64,000 nucleotides of DNA from Azolla caroliniana (lineage: Eukaryota > Plantae > Polypodiophyta): the NCBI GenBank assembly GCA_043228905.1, contig JBHGNT010000020.1:4650001-4714000 (forward strand). Direction: 5' to 3'. Below are positions 49,984 to 62,043 of the stretch, one piece after another. The translations under genes and the position numbers were made by a program. The notes under the pieces were generated by a model. The model saw only the letters and a program-made list of their open reading frames with translations. It made no database searches and was not told where the DNA came from. The first letter of the stretch is position 1, and the number at the start of each line of letters is the position of its first letter.

Positions 49984-52900
49984 GACAGGAGGTCGAATCG
50001 GACACCGACCTGTGGCACAAGCAGTTCGGCCACGTTAACTTCCCACGGCTTCGTGAAATGCAGACAAAAAACATTGTTTTCGGCTTGCCGAAATTTCGGG
50101 GCCGTAATGGCCAAGTCTGCGAAGCCTACCAACTCAGGAAGCAGCACCGACTTCCATTCCCCAATGAGCGTAATCGTAGTCGAAATCCATAGGATTTGAT
50201 CCATTCGGATGTGCGGAGACTAGCACAGAACGTGAGTCTCGGTGGAAGTCGTTACTTCATAACCTTCATCGATGACTTCACTCGACATACCTGGGTGTGC
50301 TTGATCGCGAGAAAGAGCGAAGTCTTCACGTGGTTCCTGAAGGTGAAGATCCTTGCGGAAAGGGAAACTAGACGTAAGATTAAGTGCCTACGGTCTGATG
50401 GCGGGCAGGAGTACTTCTACGACCAGTTCACGAGTTATCTACAGAAGGAGGAAATTCAATACAAATTCTCGTGTAGATACACACCGCAGTAGAATGGTGT
50501 GGCCGAGCGGAAGAATCAGACGATCGAAGAAGCCGCCAATGCGATGCTTGAAGAGATGCATATGCCGAAGTTTTACTGGGCTGAAGCTGTAAGGACGGTT
50601 GTTTATTTGCAAAATCGGACTTCTGCTAATGGAGGAGTGTCACCACATGAGTTGTATTACGGCAAGAAGCCGAACTTGGCACACTTGAGGATTTTCGGTA
50701 GCATTACGTATGTGCATGTGCCGAGGGAGAAGAGGAGGAAGCTGGATGCCAAAGCCGAGAAGTGTATCATGGTCGGCTATTCACACGAATAGAAGGGGTA
50801 TAAGTGTTATAACCCCCAGACAAAGGAAGTTCGCGTAAGTTGAGATGTCATGTTCAGCAAGTCCGCTTCATGGTACTTGCCTTCACCTCCAATACCTCAT
50901 GATTCTATTCCGAATTCTGAAGAGGAGGTCAGCGAGGCTGAGATGCCTCTGCGTGATGAGGATATCAGAGCACTGATAGAGAGTCCGATCTCATTTCGAC
51001 TAAGTGGGCTAAATGAGGGGTTGGGCCGAGATGGCCAACCAAATGAAGAGTCGGCGAGTAGTGGAGACTCGGTCGTGTTGTCCCCACGTAAAGAACCGAG
51101 GAGATAGTTTACGCATAAAGAAAATGGGAAGAAGAAAATGTCAAAATACAATTTCAATAGTGTCGAGTCATATCAGAGCGAATCTGACTTCGGGCCAATC
51201 GAGAAGGAACCTCCAGAAAAGAGGTCAGAATCGACCGAAAAGGTCGTGAAATCGGGTAATCACAAATTATGCCGATCTACCCACCTAAAGAACCCCGTAT
51301 AGAGGTACAAGTACAATGAATACATGGCGCATCATTATGCGTACATGACGCGAGTGGCAGAAGTGCGTGAGCCGGAGAGCTACGCAGAAGTGGCGAAAGA
51401 CGCAAATTGGCATGTCGCGATGGAGGAAGAGATGCACGCTTTAACGGACAATGAGACTTGGGACCTGGTTGATGTACCGAAGGGTGTAAAGATGATCGGA
51501 TGTAGATGGGTGTATAAGGTGAAATACAACATTGACGGCTCTGTCGACCGATATAAGGCCCGTTTGGTTGCGAAAGGCTACACGTAGAAGCACTCCGTAG
51601 ATTACGACGAGACCTTTGCACCAGTCGCGAAGATGACTACTGTGCGAGTTCTACTAGCCGTAGCTGCGGTGAAGGGGTGGCATCTACATCAGATGGATGT
51701 AAAGAATGCGTTCCTACAAGGTGATCTTGAGGAACAGGTGTACATGGTACAACCCCCCGGATTTCTATTCGAATAGACACTTCGGCTGTTTGCCAATTGA
51801 AGAAGGCGTTATACGGACTTAAGCAAGCCCCGCGAGCTTGGAACGCGAAGATTACGCAACGGTTGCGTAGAATGGGGTTTACGACATCCAAGTCAGACTC
51901 TTCATTATTTGTTCGGCAAGGTAAACATGGACCGGTTAGCCTTTTACTTTATGTTGATGATTTAGTCATCGCTGATGCCGACCTAGAAGAAATCGACTGC
52001 GTCAAGTCTTAGCTTGCGGTATCATTCGAAATGAAGGATCTTGGAGACCTTCATTACTTCCTTGGGATCGAAGTGATCCGTTCCCTCGAAGGCATATTGA
52101 TCAGTCAGCGTCATTATGCGCTGAATATGCTCTTCAAATTTGGGATGGTAGATTGTAAGCCCATCTCGAACCCTCTGAATAGAAATGTAAAGCTTCGTCG
52201 AGGTTCAAGAAAGGCGTGTGACTCGACACAGTTTCGATAGATTGACAGAAGCCTCATCTACTTGACGATCACTCGGCCGGACCTTAGCTATCCGGTCGGA
52301 ATGCTCAGTCAATTTATGTCACAGCCCACAACCGAACACCTTCAGTGCACGCAAAGGATACTACGATATGTCAGCGGCATGAAAGACATGGCGTTGTTGT
52401 ATCGTGCAAGCGTAGCCTAACAGTTAGTCAGCTACACGGATGCTGATTGGGCCATAAATGCCGATGATCATAGATCCACATCCGGATACGCATTCTCATT
52501 GAGAAGTGCAACTATCGCATGGAGCAGCAAGAAGCAACCGATAGTAGCACTATCGAGCACAGAGGCCGAATATCGAGGGGCGACTGTCGCTACGTGCGAA
52601 GTTATTTGGCTCAAACGACTATTATGGGATTTGCACATAGAGGTGTCCGATCCAATGACAATCTATTATGACAACCTTGGCAACATCCACCTTGCGAAGA
52701 ATCATGTGTTCCACACTCGGACCAAGCACATTGAGGTGCATTATCATTTTGTCCACGGGCATGTCCTTTCTAGTGACGTCGAACTGGCATATGTTGCGAC
52801 GGGTCGGCAGATTGCTGACATCTTCACCAAGCCCCTTGGTCTTGACAAGTTACGACATTTCTTGGGTGAGTTGGGTTTGCGTCACCTCGACACGCCGAAC

Positions 52901-53039
52901 TTGAGGGGGAGACAAGAACAGGAACAAGGGTGTGTAAGGAGCGGTAGTGACCGCTATGCCGAAACGGATGAAAAATTCGATTTCGGGACGGCTGAAGAAG
53001 TCGAAGAAGAAGGCAACAGGGTCCGTAATCGCAAGAAAG

Positions 53040-53713
53040 AGTTGAAGACAGCTGAACAAAGTACAACCAAGAAGGGCGTAAAGGCCAAGACCAAGATGTG
53101 GTAAGATGTTGTCAAGGGCCTAAAGACAGAAGACGAATTGGAGACAACCAATTCAGGCGAAAGTGGAATTGAATCGGAAGTGATCGATTTAATTGAAATG
53201 TTCGATTCGGATATTACGGATCGACTAAGGGCCAAGCGGAGGAAAGTACAAAGTACAACCAAGGAAAGTACAAAGTTGAAGACAGCTGAACAAAGTACAA
53301 CCAAGAAGGGCGTAAAGGCCAAGACCAAGATGTGGTAAGATGTTGTCAAGGGCCTAAAGACAGAAGACGAATTGGAGACAACCAATTCAGGCGAAAGTGG
53401 AATTGAGTCGGAAGTGATCGATTTAATTGAAATGTTCGATTCGGATATTACGGATCAACTAAGGGCCAAGCGGAGGAAAGTACAAAGTACAACCAAGGAA
53501 AGTACAAAGTTGAAGACAGCTGAACAAAGTACAACCAAGAAGGGCGTAAAGGCCAAGACCAAGATGTGGTAAGATGTTGTCAAGGGCCTAAAGACAGAAG
53601 ACGAATTGGAGACAACCAATTCAGGCGAAAGTGGAATTGAGTCGGAAGTGATCGATTTAATTGAAATGTTCGATTCGGATATTACGGATCGACTAAGGGC
53701 CAAGCGGAGGAAA
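53040..53713. repeat. 234-bp tandem repeat, about 2.9 near-identical copies, in the copia 3' extension
   Basis: Repeated ORFs at 53138, 53372 and 53606 are offset by exactly 234 nt. Confidence 0.93.
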
Positions 53714-54349
53714 GGGCGGCGAAAGAGGCGCCAACACCGCGATATCAAGGGAGCTGATAAGGGCCTCATGAGTAGACAAGCCGATCAGAAGGGTCAAAGC
53801 GTGCGGAATTGAATGGGTCGAGGAGCGCGATTGAGGTGCGAAGCCAGGAGAGGCTAGAGCGAAGATCCGGAAAAGCAGATGGAACCTCAAGTTGAGCTTG
53901 AGGGGGGGAGTGTTGAGAGACAAACTCAACATTGGGTGCGTAAACGAATACGTAACCCAGTACGTAGATTGGGTGCGTAAAACCGTACACAAAATATGGC
54001 CGTGGCGGTGTTTAAACCGAGAGGCCGTTAGAACGTTATTCCTCGTAAGGAATAGTTTTGGGAGTTAGTGTAGAAGGCTCATTTATGAGCGGTCAAGTAT
54101 TGACAGTACTTGTGTCAGCCCGATAGTCAGGGTTTGTATAAACGGTGCTCACTGAGCACGAAATATGTATAGAGAGAACATACAGAGATTTATTTTTTAA
54201 TATAGTTACGGTTTCTACTCTCTCTCTCTCTCTCTCTCTCTCCTTCTCCTTCTTTGTGATTTCTGTGTTTTTACCAAACTATTGTACTTCCGAACCGTGT
54301 ACTCTGTGTTCTTACGCATACGCTTCCGCACACATTCTTTTACAAATAT

Positions 54350-57300
54350 TAAGGAAGGACGAGGGGAACATGCCAAGCATGGAAGCCTATATAAATAACC
54401 GAGTGCTTGTAGAATAGAAGGGAGAGAGAGAGAGAGAGAGAGATAGTATTTTTTGGAAGCTAGAACATGTTCAGCGGTAAGTGAGTGCCATACCGACAAT
54501 TGATTGGTACTTGTAACACATAGTGTTCTTAATATATCAATTATTCTTGTGGAGCAATCCAGTATATCGACGTGTGATCCAAGAGGATTGTTTGTGTAAT
54601 CGCACGTCTGCGCAAATCGTGAGTCTAAAATCGGTTGTGGCCGATTCCACAAAAAACATTTTCATTGTTTTGTTTTGTCAATGATAAAACAACCTACAAC
54701 TTCGAGTCTATATCGAGATAACGGTTTGTACTAGACACCCTAGGTCACTCTTGGAGTAAAGTCATCATCCCCAGAACTGGTCTAAGTGCGGGTTCGACAA
54801 AGTATTCGTAACCTAACTCTCCTTCGCACCACAACTCTTGACTTGATTACTCATGAGGAGTAATCGACCGTGTTCGCCTAGGAGGGAGCTAACACAATTT
54901 GACACACTTGGTTCAAGCTGTGAGTACACAACGAACACGCGAAGTAGAAAGACCCAGTCGCCGTAATGGCACATCCCAAGGGAATACGCACTCGGACATC
55001 GTCCCGACGTGCCGAACAAGAAGAGAGAGTGATCGACTCACCTCTCATAGAGCAAACTCTCCAGGAATCGGACACCCAGTCAACAACGCTGCCCGATCTA
55101 GTTTCGACCAGTATAGTAGCTGCAAGGTCAAACACCCCGACGAAGGTAACCCACTTCGGGGGGTGCTAGAGGATTCGGAATTCGACACCATGCCTTACCC
55201 ATACCCGAGATACAACAATGAACCCGACGCAGAGGCGCATGTCCGCTTTCCTCACCACGTGGCAAGCAAACCACGTGTCCCAATGATTGGCCACGGTTGA
55301 TGCGGAGACTTCGAAGATCGCGTAGTTCGGCTTGTCCCTCGAAGGACAATCATCAAATTGTAACTCCCAACACAACTTGGGGGGGTTCCCGTCATTCCAA
55401 GAGCTGCAAGATAGATTTATTCGGCTCTTCCATTAGTAGATCCCCAAGTGAGAACTATACGCCATGTCTTAGGAACCTTAGGAATTGGTACCTCAGTTCA
55501 TCATTTGATTTCAAAACTTACAAAGACAACTGGCTTGGCAAATTCCGGCCGACGAACTAAAAAAGACCTTTCTCACGGCTCTTCGGGAGCCCCTCCAAAC
55601 AATTTTGGTCTAACTTGACTTCTTGCAAAACTCAATCGAACTGGTCATTGATCACGTCCTAACCATGGATGGTGTTCAAACCAACAACACTCTCTCAATG
55701 GCCTCTTTACAACACACCTTGCTGAAAATGGAAGAGCTCCAATTTCGGTAGGCGGTCCAATGCACGACATGCTTAAATCTAGGCCATTAGATGGTGGAAT
55801 GCACACTATGATCGTACTGCCTAATCTGTCACTCCCACGATCAATGTGAATACAACATGTTGAATAGAGAAATAGCCCCGCTACGACACATTGAGCCATG
55901 TAATGATCGGGTGCGACTCCGCCAACCAGTTCACCTTCGGGAAGCCGAAAGACCCTGTTACAAATATGATTGTGACCAATATGCAACAGAGTATGCGCCT
56001 CGGTACTGTTAATCCTAGGTTGACTACCTACTAACACAAGGTGTCCTTCTGGATCATTTCACCAAAGGGGTAGTTACGGGGTTAATGCTTCCGACACAAT
56101 TATAACTTTATCCGACTGATTCCGGATTAGTTCCGGATTAACAACATACAGGAATTGATTACACGTGTAAGATAATACAATAAGCACATAACGGAAAGTA
56201 AGTAGATACACAATAATCTTAAAGATAACTTTATGTATATTAATTCCGCCCCTTAATACATCGTTCTTCAAATCCTTTTATAGGCATCTGGTTCTGTTTA
56301 CAAAACGGTGCCATATCGGCCACTAGTTACGAATCGGTTCGGATCTGGATCGGTGCAACTCTTCCGGGTCCGTTCATTCCTATTTTAATTCTAGCTAATT
56401 AATAACTAATACTAATAACTTAAATTCCGCTTCTGACTCGTCCCCCACTTGTCTTTCATACTCCGGCCACTGGCCAACACATGGCACGCCCGTGGGACAA
56501 TACATTGTACGTCGAACACATGAGATAGCCCCATCAATCCTCGTCGAGTATATCCAATATGCTTTGGTCCAGGGGTTCGAGTGGTTCTTTGTTTTGTTGT
56601 TGCTCTTCTGGTTGCTTTTGCTCATGTTGCACCTGTTGTTGCTCTGTGTTTTCTTCCGGCTGAGGCATCTCTGTTCTTGTTGTGGTCCGCACCGGCTCCC
56701 CTTGGTTGTTCATCTTCAACTTTAATTGGCAGCTCCTCCTGTTGCGGTTGCAGTTCCGCACTCTGCTCCTCATCACTTATATTTATTACCGTCATTTGTT
56801 TTTCTGCTTCCAACCACTGATGCTCCTGTTCGAATTACTCAAGTTGAAGTTGTGTTCCGAGCTGATCATCATCAAGTCTTTCAATCAGCCTTTGGACGGC
56901 TTCAAGTGAGCTCCATCCAAGGAAAAGAAGTCATCTGCCAAATCCTCCCGGATGGTGACAACACTATCTTTATCCATATTGTAAAAGTTGTTGCCGGCCT
57001 TCTTCTGGTTTTTTGCATCTGCTCGGAGGACCTATAATTCCGTCGCTTGTCGTGACCATTGAGTCCACCAACCCACTGAGTTGTCATCGATATTCTTCTT
57101 TGTCCGGTCCTTCCATGCCTTCACCATTGCCCGGATCCGGCCCACTTCGAGCTTTGTCTTGTCCTCCGCAACTTGATTGTCCTTTGCAACTTGCTTGTCT
57201 TCTTTCAACTTCTTAATGAGGGTGGCGGTAGCCTGAGCCTGCACTTCATAGTTCACCAACTTGGTTTGGTAGGTTGTTTGGACCCTATCCAAAGCCATTT

Positions 57301-57769
57301 TTGCCCGTTCTGCTTCTTCATAGTGCTTTTTGTTTAGCTCCATTTTTTCCTTTGCTGTTTCTACAAGTGCCTTCGCCGTAGCAACCGCCTTGGTTTGTTC
57401 GTCCGCCAGCGCCTCCGTTTTCTTGGCCAGTTCTGTCCGGATTTTTTAAACTTTTCTTGCTACCGGTCAAATTCCGACCCAAGCTTCTTATGTTCGGTGT
57501 CTAGTTGCTTGTGGTCACGGTTCAACTTTTCAAAATCCTCTATTTTCTACTTTAGCCGGCGGTTTATCTGGGAGCGTGCTCGATCCTCTCTGTCCTTCTG
57601 CTGCCGGATTTCTTCTTTCAACTGCTCTATTTCCGTCTCCGCCATTCTCCAAAGCTTATCCTTCTCTTGCAATAGTTTTTCTCTTTCCTCCTTCAGCCAG
57701 TCGTTGTTTGCATGACTTTTCCGGAGATTTTCTTCTATTCTCCACTTCTCTTCTTTGGTTGTCTGCTTT

Positions 57770-57811
<42 letters not shown>

Positions 57812-57839
57812 CAATGCTTCTTGCGTGGCTAATTCCTCC
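54350..57839 (+). mobile_element. Decayed Tat/Ogre-like gypsy derivative (LTR probably 47108-47187 plus 54350-~54658, split by the copia); gag remnant about 54830-55870; no recognisable pol
   Basis: MPYPYPRYNNEPDAEAHV..WQANHV..SKIA.FG.SLEG is homologous to the gag at 63161; TATA CTATATAAAT near 54387. Confidence 0.6.
56395..57730 (-). pseudogene. Fragmented antisense ORF (coiled-coil, Glu/Gln-rich) within the gypsy derivative
   Basis: Minus-strand ORF fragments ELNKKHYEEAERAKMALDRV..., EEQSAELQPQQEE..., EPLEPLDQSILDIL. Confidence 0.5.
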
Positions 57840-60800
57840 TGTTGGGATTACGGTCCCTCCGGATGGGATGGTCAGATGTCCGGGAATCGGGAATGAAGAC
57901 CCGAATGATGAAGACCCGGTTTTCGGATCCGGATGATGAAGTCCCCGGCTACGGAGCCGGATGACGAAGACCCGGTTTCGGATCCGGATGATGAAGACCC
58001 CGGCTACGGAGCCGGATGACGAATGTACCCGGAGAGAGATCCGGATGACGAATGTACCCGGAGAGAGATCCGGATGCGGGGACATATTTGTGAATATGTT
58101 TGCCAAGGGCCCTCGAGGCTATATTTGTAAATAGCCCGAAAGTCATATGTGTATAAATATGACTTAGGGCAAACAGTTTGTTGGTTGTTGCTCATTTTTC
58201 TGTTTTCCACTTAGAGGGAGCGAAGTGAGAGCAGCCGAGAGAGAGAGAGAGAGAGAGAGAAAGGAAGAGGTCGACGCCTCTGTGTAATACCGCCGCCTGT
58301 GGCGAGGACAGCGAGCTCAAGGTCGTCGCCTTGCAACTCGCCATTGTACATTCCCTGCGTATAGTGATAGTTGGAGTCTTGCACTCCCGTGGTTTTTCCC
58401 GTCTAGGGTTTTCCACGCTAAACCCTGTGCATTCGAGTCTCTCTCTGTGTTTTCGATTTACTGCTGCATTGACTCGTGTTTCCTCGGTTGCGGCCGAGAG
58501 GTAAAGTTTTTGGAAGCGTCGATTTCTAACAATCTGGTATCAGAGCGACTGCAGTGCAGAAAATGGAAGGCGGCAGCAGCGGGCAGCCGGGGATGATGGT
58601 GCTGAATGCGCAGAACTACGCCGACTGGAAGATAAAGATGGAGGATCTGCTCATTGTTCGGGACCTGTATGAACCGATCGACAGGTCGGAAATACCCAAG
58701 GGGGTACTTGAGACGGAATGGAGGCTTCTGAACCGGAAAGCCGTTGCAACCATTCGGCAATACGTCGACGTGAGCGTTCTACAACATGTGGCGAACGACA
58801 CCAACGCATATGAGATGTGGCAGAAGCTGTCGGGCCTCTACGAGAGGAAGAATGCGTTGAACCGGACCTCCCTGATGAGGAAGATAGTCAACCTCAAGTA
58901 CCGGGACGGCGAGAGTATGGTGGAACACGTAAGCACGTTCATGGGATTCGTGAACCAGCTTGCGGCGATCAAGTTCCCGTTGGAGGATGCAATGCAAGCC
59001 ATCATGCTGATGTGTACATTGCCGGAAAGCTGGGAGAACTTGGTGGTGACTCTCAGCACCTCCTGCACCGAAGATAACTTGTCCCTACAAACGGTAAAGA
59101 CAAGCATTTTGAACGAAGAAGCGCGTCGGAGAGATAAAGAACCGGCCTCCGATCCGAAGATGCTGCTTACCGAATCGGATCGGGGAAGACAACGGAACCG
59201 GAGTCCGCAAAGACGGGAGAAGTCGGGGACCCGGTCGCAGTCAAGAGGAAGGCCCACATGCTTCCACTGTGGGAAGCCGGGGCACTTCCGAAAGAATTGT
59301 CGGCATTACCGAAAAGACAACGGAGCCGACGACACCGATTCGAAGAAGTCTTCGGAACGGAACGGTGCTTACCGGGGAGCCACGGACCGGAATGGTTCGG
59401 ATCGGCGAGGGCAGGACCGGAAAGGAACGACGGCACTCGCGGCAAGTGAAGAGGAGATCATGCTCATCACCGAAGAAGGTGAACTAAACATTGCCGGCGA
59501 TGAGACTACCTGGGTGGTCGATTCCGGAGCGTCGTTCCACCTGACCCCGGAAAGAAGATACTTCTCATCCTACACAGCCGGTGAGCATGGCTGTGTTCGG
59601 ATGGGAAATGAAGGTACGTGCCGGATTGCCGGCATAGGAGACGTGTGGTTGACAACCTCGACCGGATGCAAAATGTTGCTGAAGGATGTCCGACACGTTC
59701 CGGAGGTTCGATTGAACCTGATTTCGGCCGGGAGGCTAGACGATGAAGGCTACACAGGTAGCATCCGGAACTGCGTAATGAAGTTCAGCAAGGGGAGCCT
59801 GATAGTGGCTCGGGCCCGGAAAGTCAACACACTGTACCTTATGAATGCTTGGTTGTGTCCGGATGAGTTGAACGTGGCAGCCGACACTGCCGGTGAGCTG
59901 TGGCACAAGAGACTGTGCCACATGAGTGAGAAGGGGATGAAGAGGCTTGCAGAAGACAACCTTATTCCAGTGAAGCATGTGCACCTGGAGAAGTGCACCG
60001 ATTGCCTGGCCGGTAAGCAGAACCGAACCTCCTTCCACTCAAGGCCACCGACGAGACGTAGCGCACCATTGGAGTTGGTGCACACTGACGTGTGTCAAGT
60101 AGAAACGAAGTCACATGGCGGAGCCCAGTACTTCATGACATTCATTGATGACCACAGCCGGAAGCTGTGGACGGCACCGTTGAAGAAAAAGGACCAAGTG
60201 TTGTGCGTCTTCAAAGAACTCCACGCGAGAGTGGAAAGGGAATCCGGCAAGAAGCTGAAAGCGATACGAGCGGATAACGGAGGGGAATACCGGGGGCAGT
60301 TCGAGGAGTACTGTCGCTCGAAGGGAATCCGGCTCGAGTTTACTGTGCCGAAGACGCCGGAACTGAACGGGCTGGCCGAGAGGATGAACCGGACCATAAT
60401 GGAGAGGGTCCGGAGTATGCTGGCGCATGCGAAATTACCCAAGGGGTTTTGGGCTGAGGCAATGTCGACGGCGACATACGTGATAAACAGATCACCCTCA
60501 GTACCTTTGGACGGAGACACGCCGCAGAGAGTGTGGACCGGTAGGGAAGTATCCTACCGGCATCTGAAGGTATTCAGGTGTCTCGCATATGTGCATGTGG
60601 CAAAGGACCGGAGAGGAAAGCTAGATCCAAAGACCCGGCCATGCATATTCCTCGGTTACGGCGATGATGAGTTCGGCTACCGAGTATGGGACCCGGTCGA
60701 CAAAAAGATATTCCGGAGTCGTGATATCATCTTCATGGAGGACAAGACACTCGCCGACTGGGAGTCGGAGAAGAAGACGAAGAGCTCCAAGTCGACCGGT

Positions 60801-62043
60801 GAGGATCAACTCTACGAGGAGCAGTCCCGACCGGCAAGGGACCGGTTAGCACTCGAGGATCCGGCCGAAGACGGTGAAGAAACAGAACCGGCCGAGGAAG
60901 AAGAAACTGATACCGGAACCGGCCCCGATCCCGAAATGGATTCGGATGAAGAGGAAACGGTGGAGCCGGTTACCGAAGCTCTGGAACGGAGATATCCTCT
61001 AAGAGAGAGAAGGGCCCCCCGGAGATTTCCGGAACCAGAGCACGTGCTGCTAACCGACGAGGGGGAGCCGGAGAGTTTTGAAGAAGCAAAGCTTGACACC
61101 CATAGCCGCAGGTGGTTAAGTGCCATGCAGGAGGAGATGGATTCCCTGCATGAGAACCACACATATGAACTTGTGGAGTTGCCGAAAGGAAAGCGGGCAC
61201 TTCGAAACAAGTGGGTGTTCAAGCTGAAACCGGGAGATGCCGGAAACCCCCCGAGATACAAAGCCAGGATCGTGGTGAAGGGGTTCCAGCAGAAGAAGGG
61301 CGTCGACTTCGACGAGATATTTGCCCCGGTAGTGAAGATGACCTCCATCCGGACGGTGCTGAGCATAGCGGCAAGCATGGACCTCGAGGTAGAACAGATG
61401 GACGTGAAGACGACATTCCTTCACGGTGACCTCGAAGAAGAGATCTACATGCAGCAACCGGAAGGATTCGAGAAGAAAGGGAAGGAGCACCTGGTATGCC
61501 GGTTGAAGAAGAGCCTTTACGGACTAAAGCAGGCTCCCCGGCAATGGTACCGGAAGTTCGACTCTTTCATGACCGACGAAGGGTACCACAAAACGCAGTC
61601 CGATCACTGCGTGTTTGTGAAGAAGTTCGAAGGAGGAGACTTTCTAATACTCCTCCTGTACGTGGACGACATGTTGATCGTCGGACGGGACTAGGTCAAG
61701 ATATGGATGCTGAAGAAAGCGCTTCACCGAACCTTCTCAATGAAGGACCTGGGTCCGGCGAGGCAAATACTAGGGATGCACATCATCCGGGACCGGAAGA
61801 AGAAGCAGTTGTGGCTGTCAGAGGAGAAGTACGTGACAAAGGTGCTTCACCGGTTCAACATGTCGGAAGCAAGACCGGTCGGGTCAACCCTCCCGGCAAA
61901 CTGCAAGTTGTCCAGCAAGCAAAGCCCCAAGACAAAGGTTGAGAAGGAGGACATGATGAAAGTACCATATGCCTCTGCCGTCGGAAGCTTGATGTACGGA
62001 ATGGTGTGTACAAGACCGGACATAGGATATGCAGTCGGAGTGG
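57840..62043 (+). mobile_element. Young Tnt1/Tork-like copia (5' LTR 57840-58531, PBS 58535-58546), interrupted in RT by a gypsy insertion
   Basis: TGTTGGGA...CTAACA, TGGTATCAGAGC, near-intact gag-pol. Confidence 0.95.
58563..61694 (+). CDS. Copia Gag-PR-INT-RT polyprotein; one premature TAG at 61692, frame continues to 62043
   Basis: CFHCGKPGHFRKNC, VVDSGASFH, LWHKRLCH..CTDC, ADNGGEY, LLYVDDML. Confidence 0.93.
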   Translation: MEGGSSGQPGMMVLNAQNYADWKIKMEDLLIVRDLYEPIDRSEIPKGVLETEWRLLNRKAVATIRQYVDVSVLQHVANDTNAYEMWQKLSGLYERKNALNRTSLMRKIVNLKYRDGESMVEHVSTFMGFVNQLAAIKFPLEDAMQAIMLMCTLPESWENLVVTLSTSCTEDNLSLQTVKTSILNEEARRRDKEPASDPKMLLTESDRGRQRNRSPQRREKSGTRSQSRGRPTCFHCGKPGHFRKNCRHYRKDNGADDTDSKKSSERNGAYRGATDRNGSDRRGQDRKGTTALAASEEEIMLITEEGELNIAGDETTWVVDSGASFHLTPERRYFSSYTAGEHGCVRMGNEGTCRIAGIGDVWLTTSTGCKMLLKDVRHVPEVRLNLISAGRLDDEGYTGSIRNCVMKFSKGSLIVARARKVNTLYLMNAWLCPDELNVAADTAGELWHKRLCHMSEKGMKRLAEDNLIPVKHVHLEKCTDCLAGKQNRTSFHSRPPTRRSAPLELVHTDVCQVETKSHGGAQYFMTFIDDHSRKLWTAPLKKKDQVLCVFKELHARVERESGKKLKAIRADNGGEYRGQFEEYCRSKGIRLEFTVPKTPELNGLAERMNRTIMERVRSMLAHAKLPKGFWAEAMSTATYVINRSPSVPLDGDTPQRVWTGREVSYRHLKVFRCLAYVHVAKDRRGKLDPKTRPCIFLGYGDDEFGYRVWDPVDKKIFRSRDIIFMEDKTLADWESEKKTKSSKSTGEDQLYEEQSRPARDRLALEDPAEDGEETEPAEEEETDTGTGPDPEMDSDEEETVEPVTEALERRYPLRERRAPRRFPEPEHVLLTDEGEPESFEEAKLDTHSRRWLSAMQEEMDSLHENHTYELVELPKGKRALRNKWVFKLKPGDAGNPPRYKARIVVKGFQQKKGVDFDEIFAPVVKMTSIRTVLSIAASMDLEVEQMDVKTTFLHGDLEEEIYMQQPEGFEKKGKEHLVCRLKKSLYGLKQAPRQWYRKFDSFMTDEGYHKTQSDHCVFVKKFEGGDFLILLLYVDDMLIVGRD

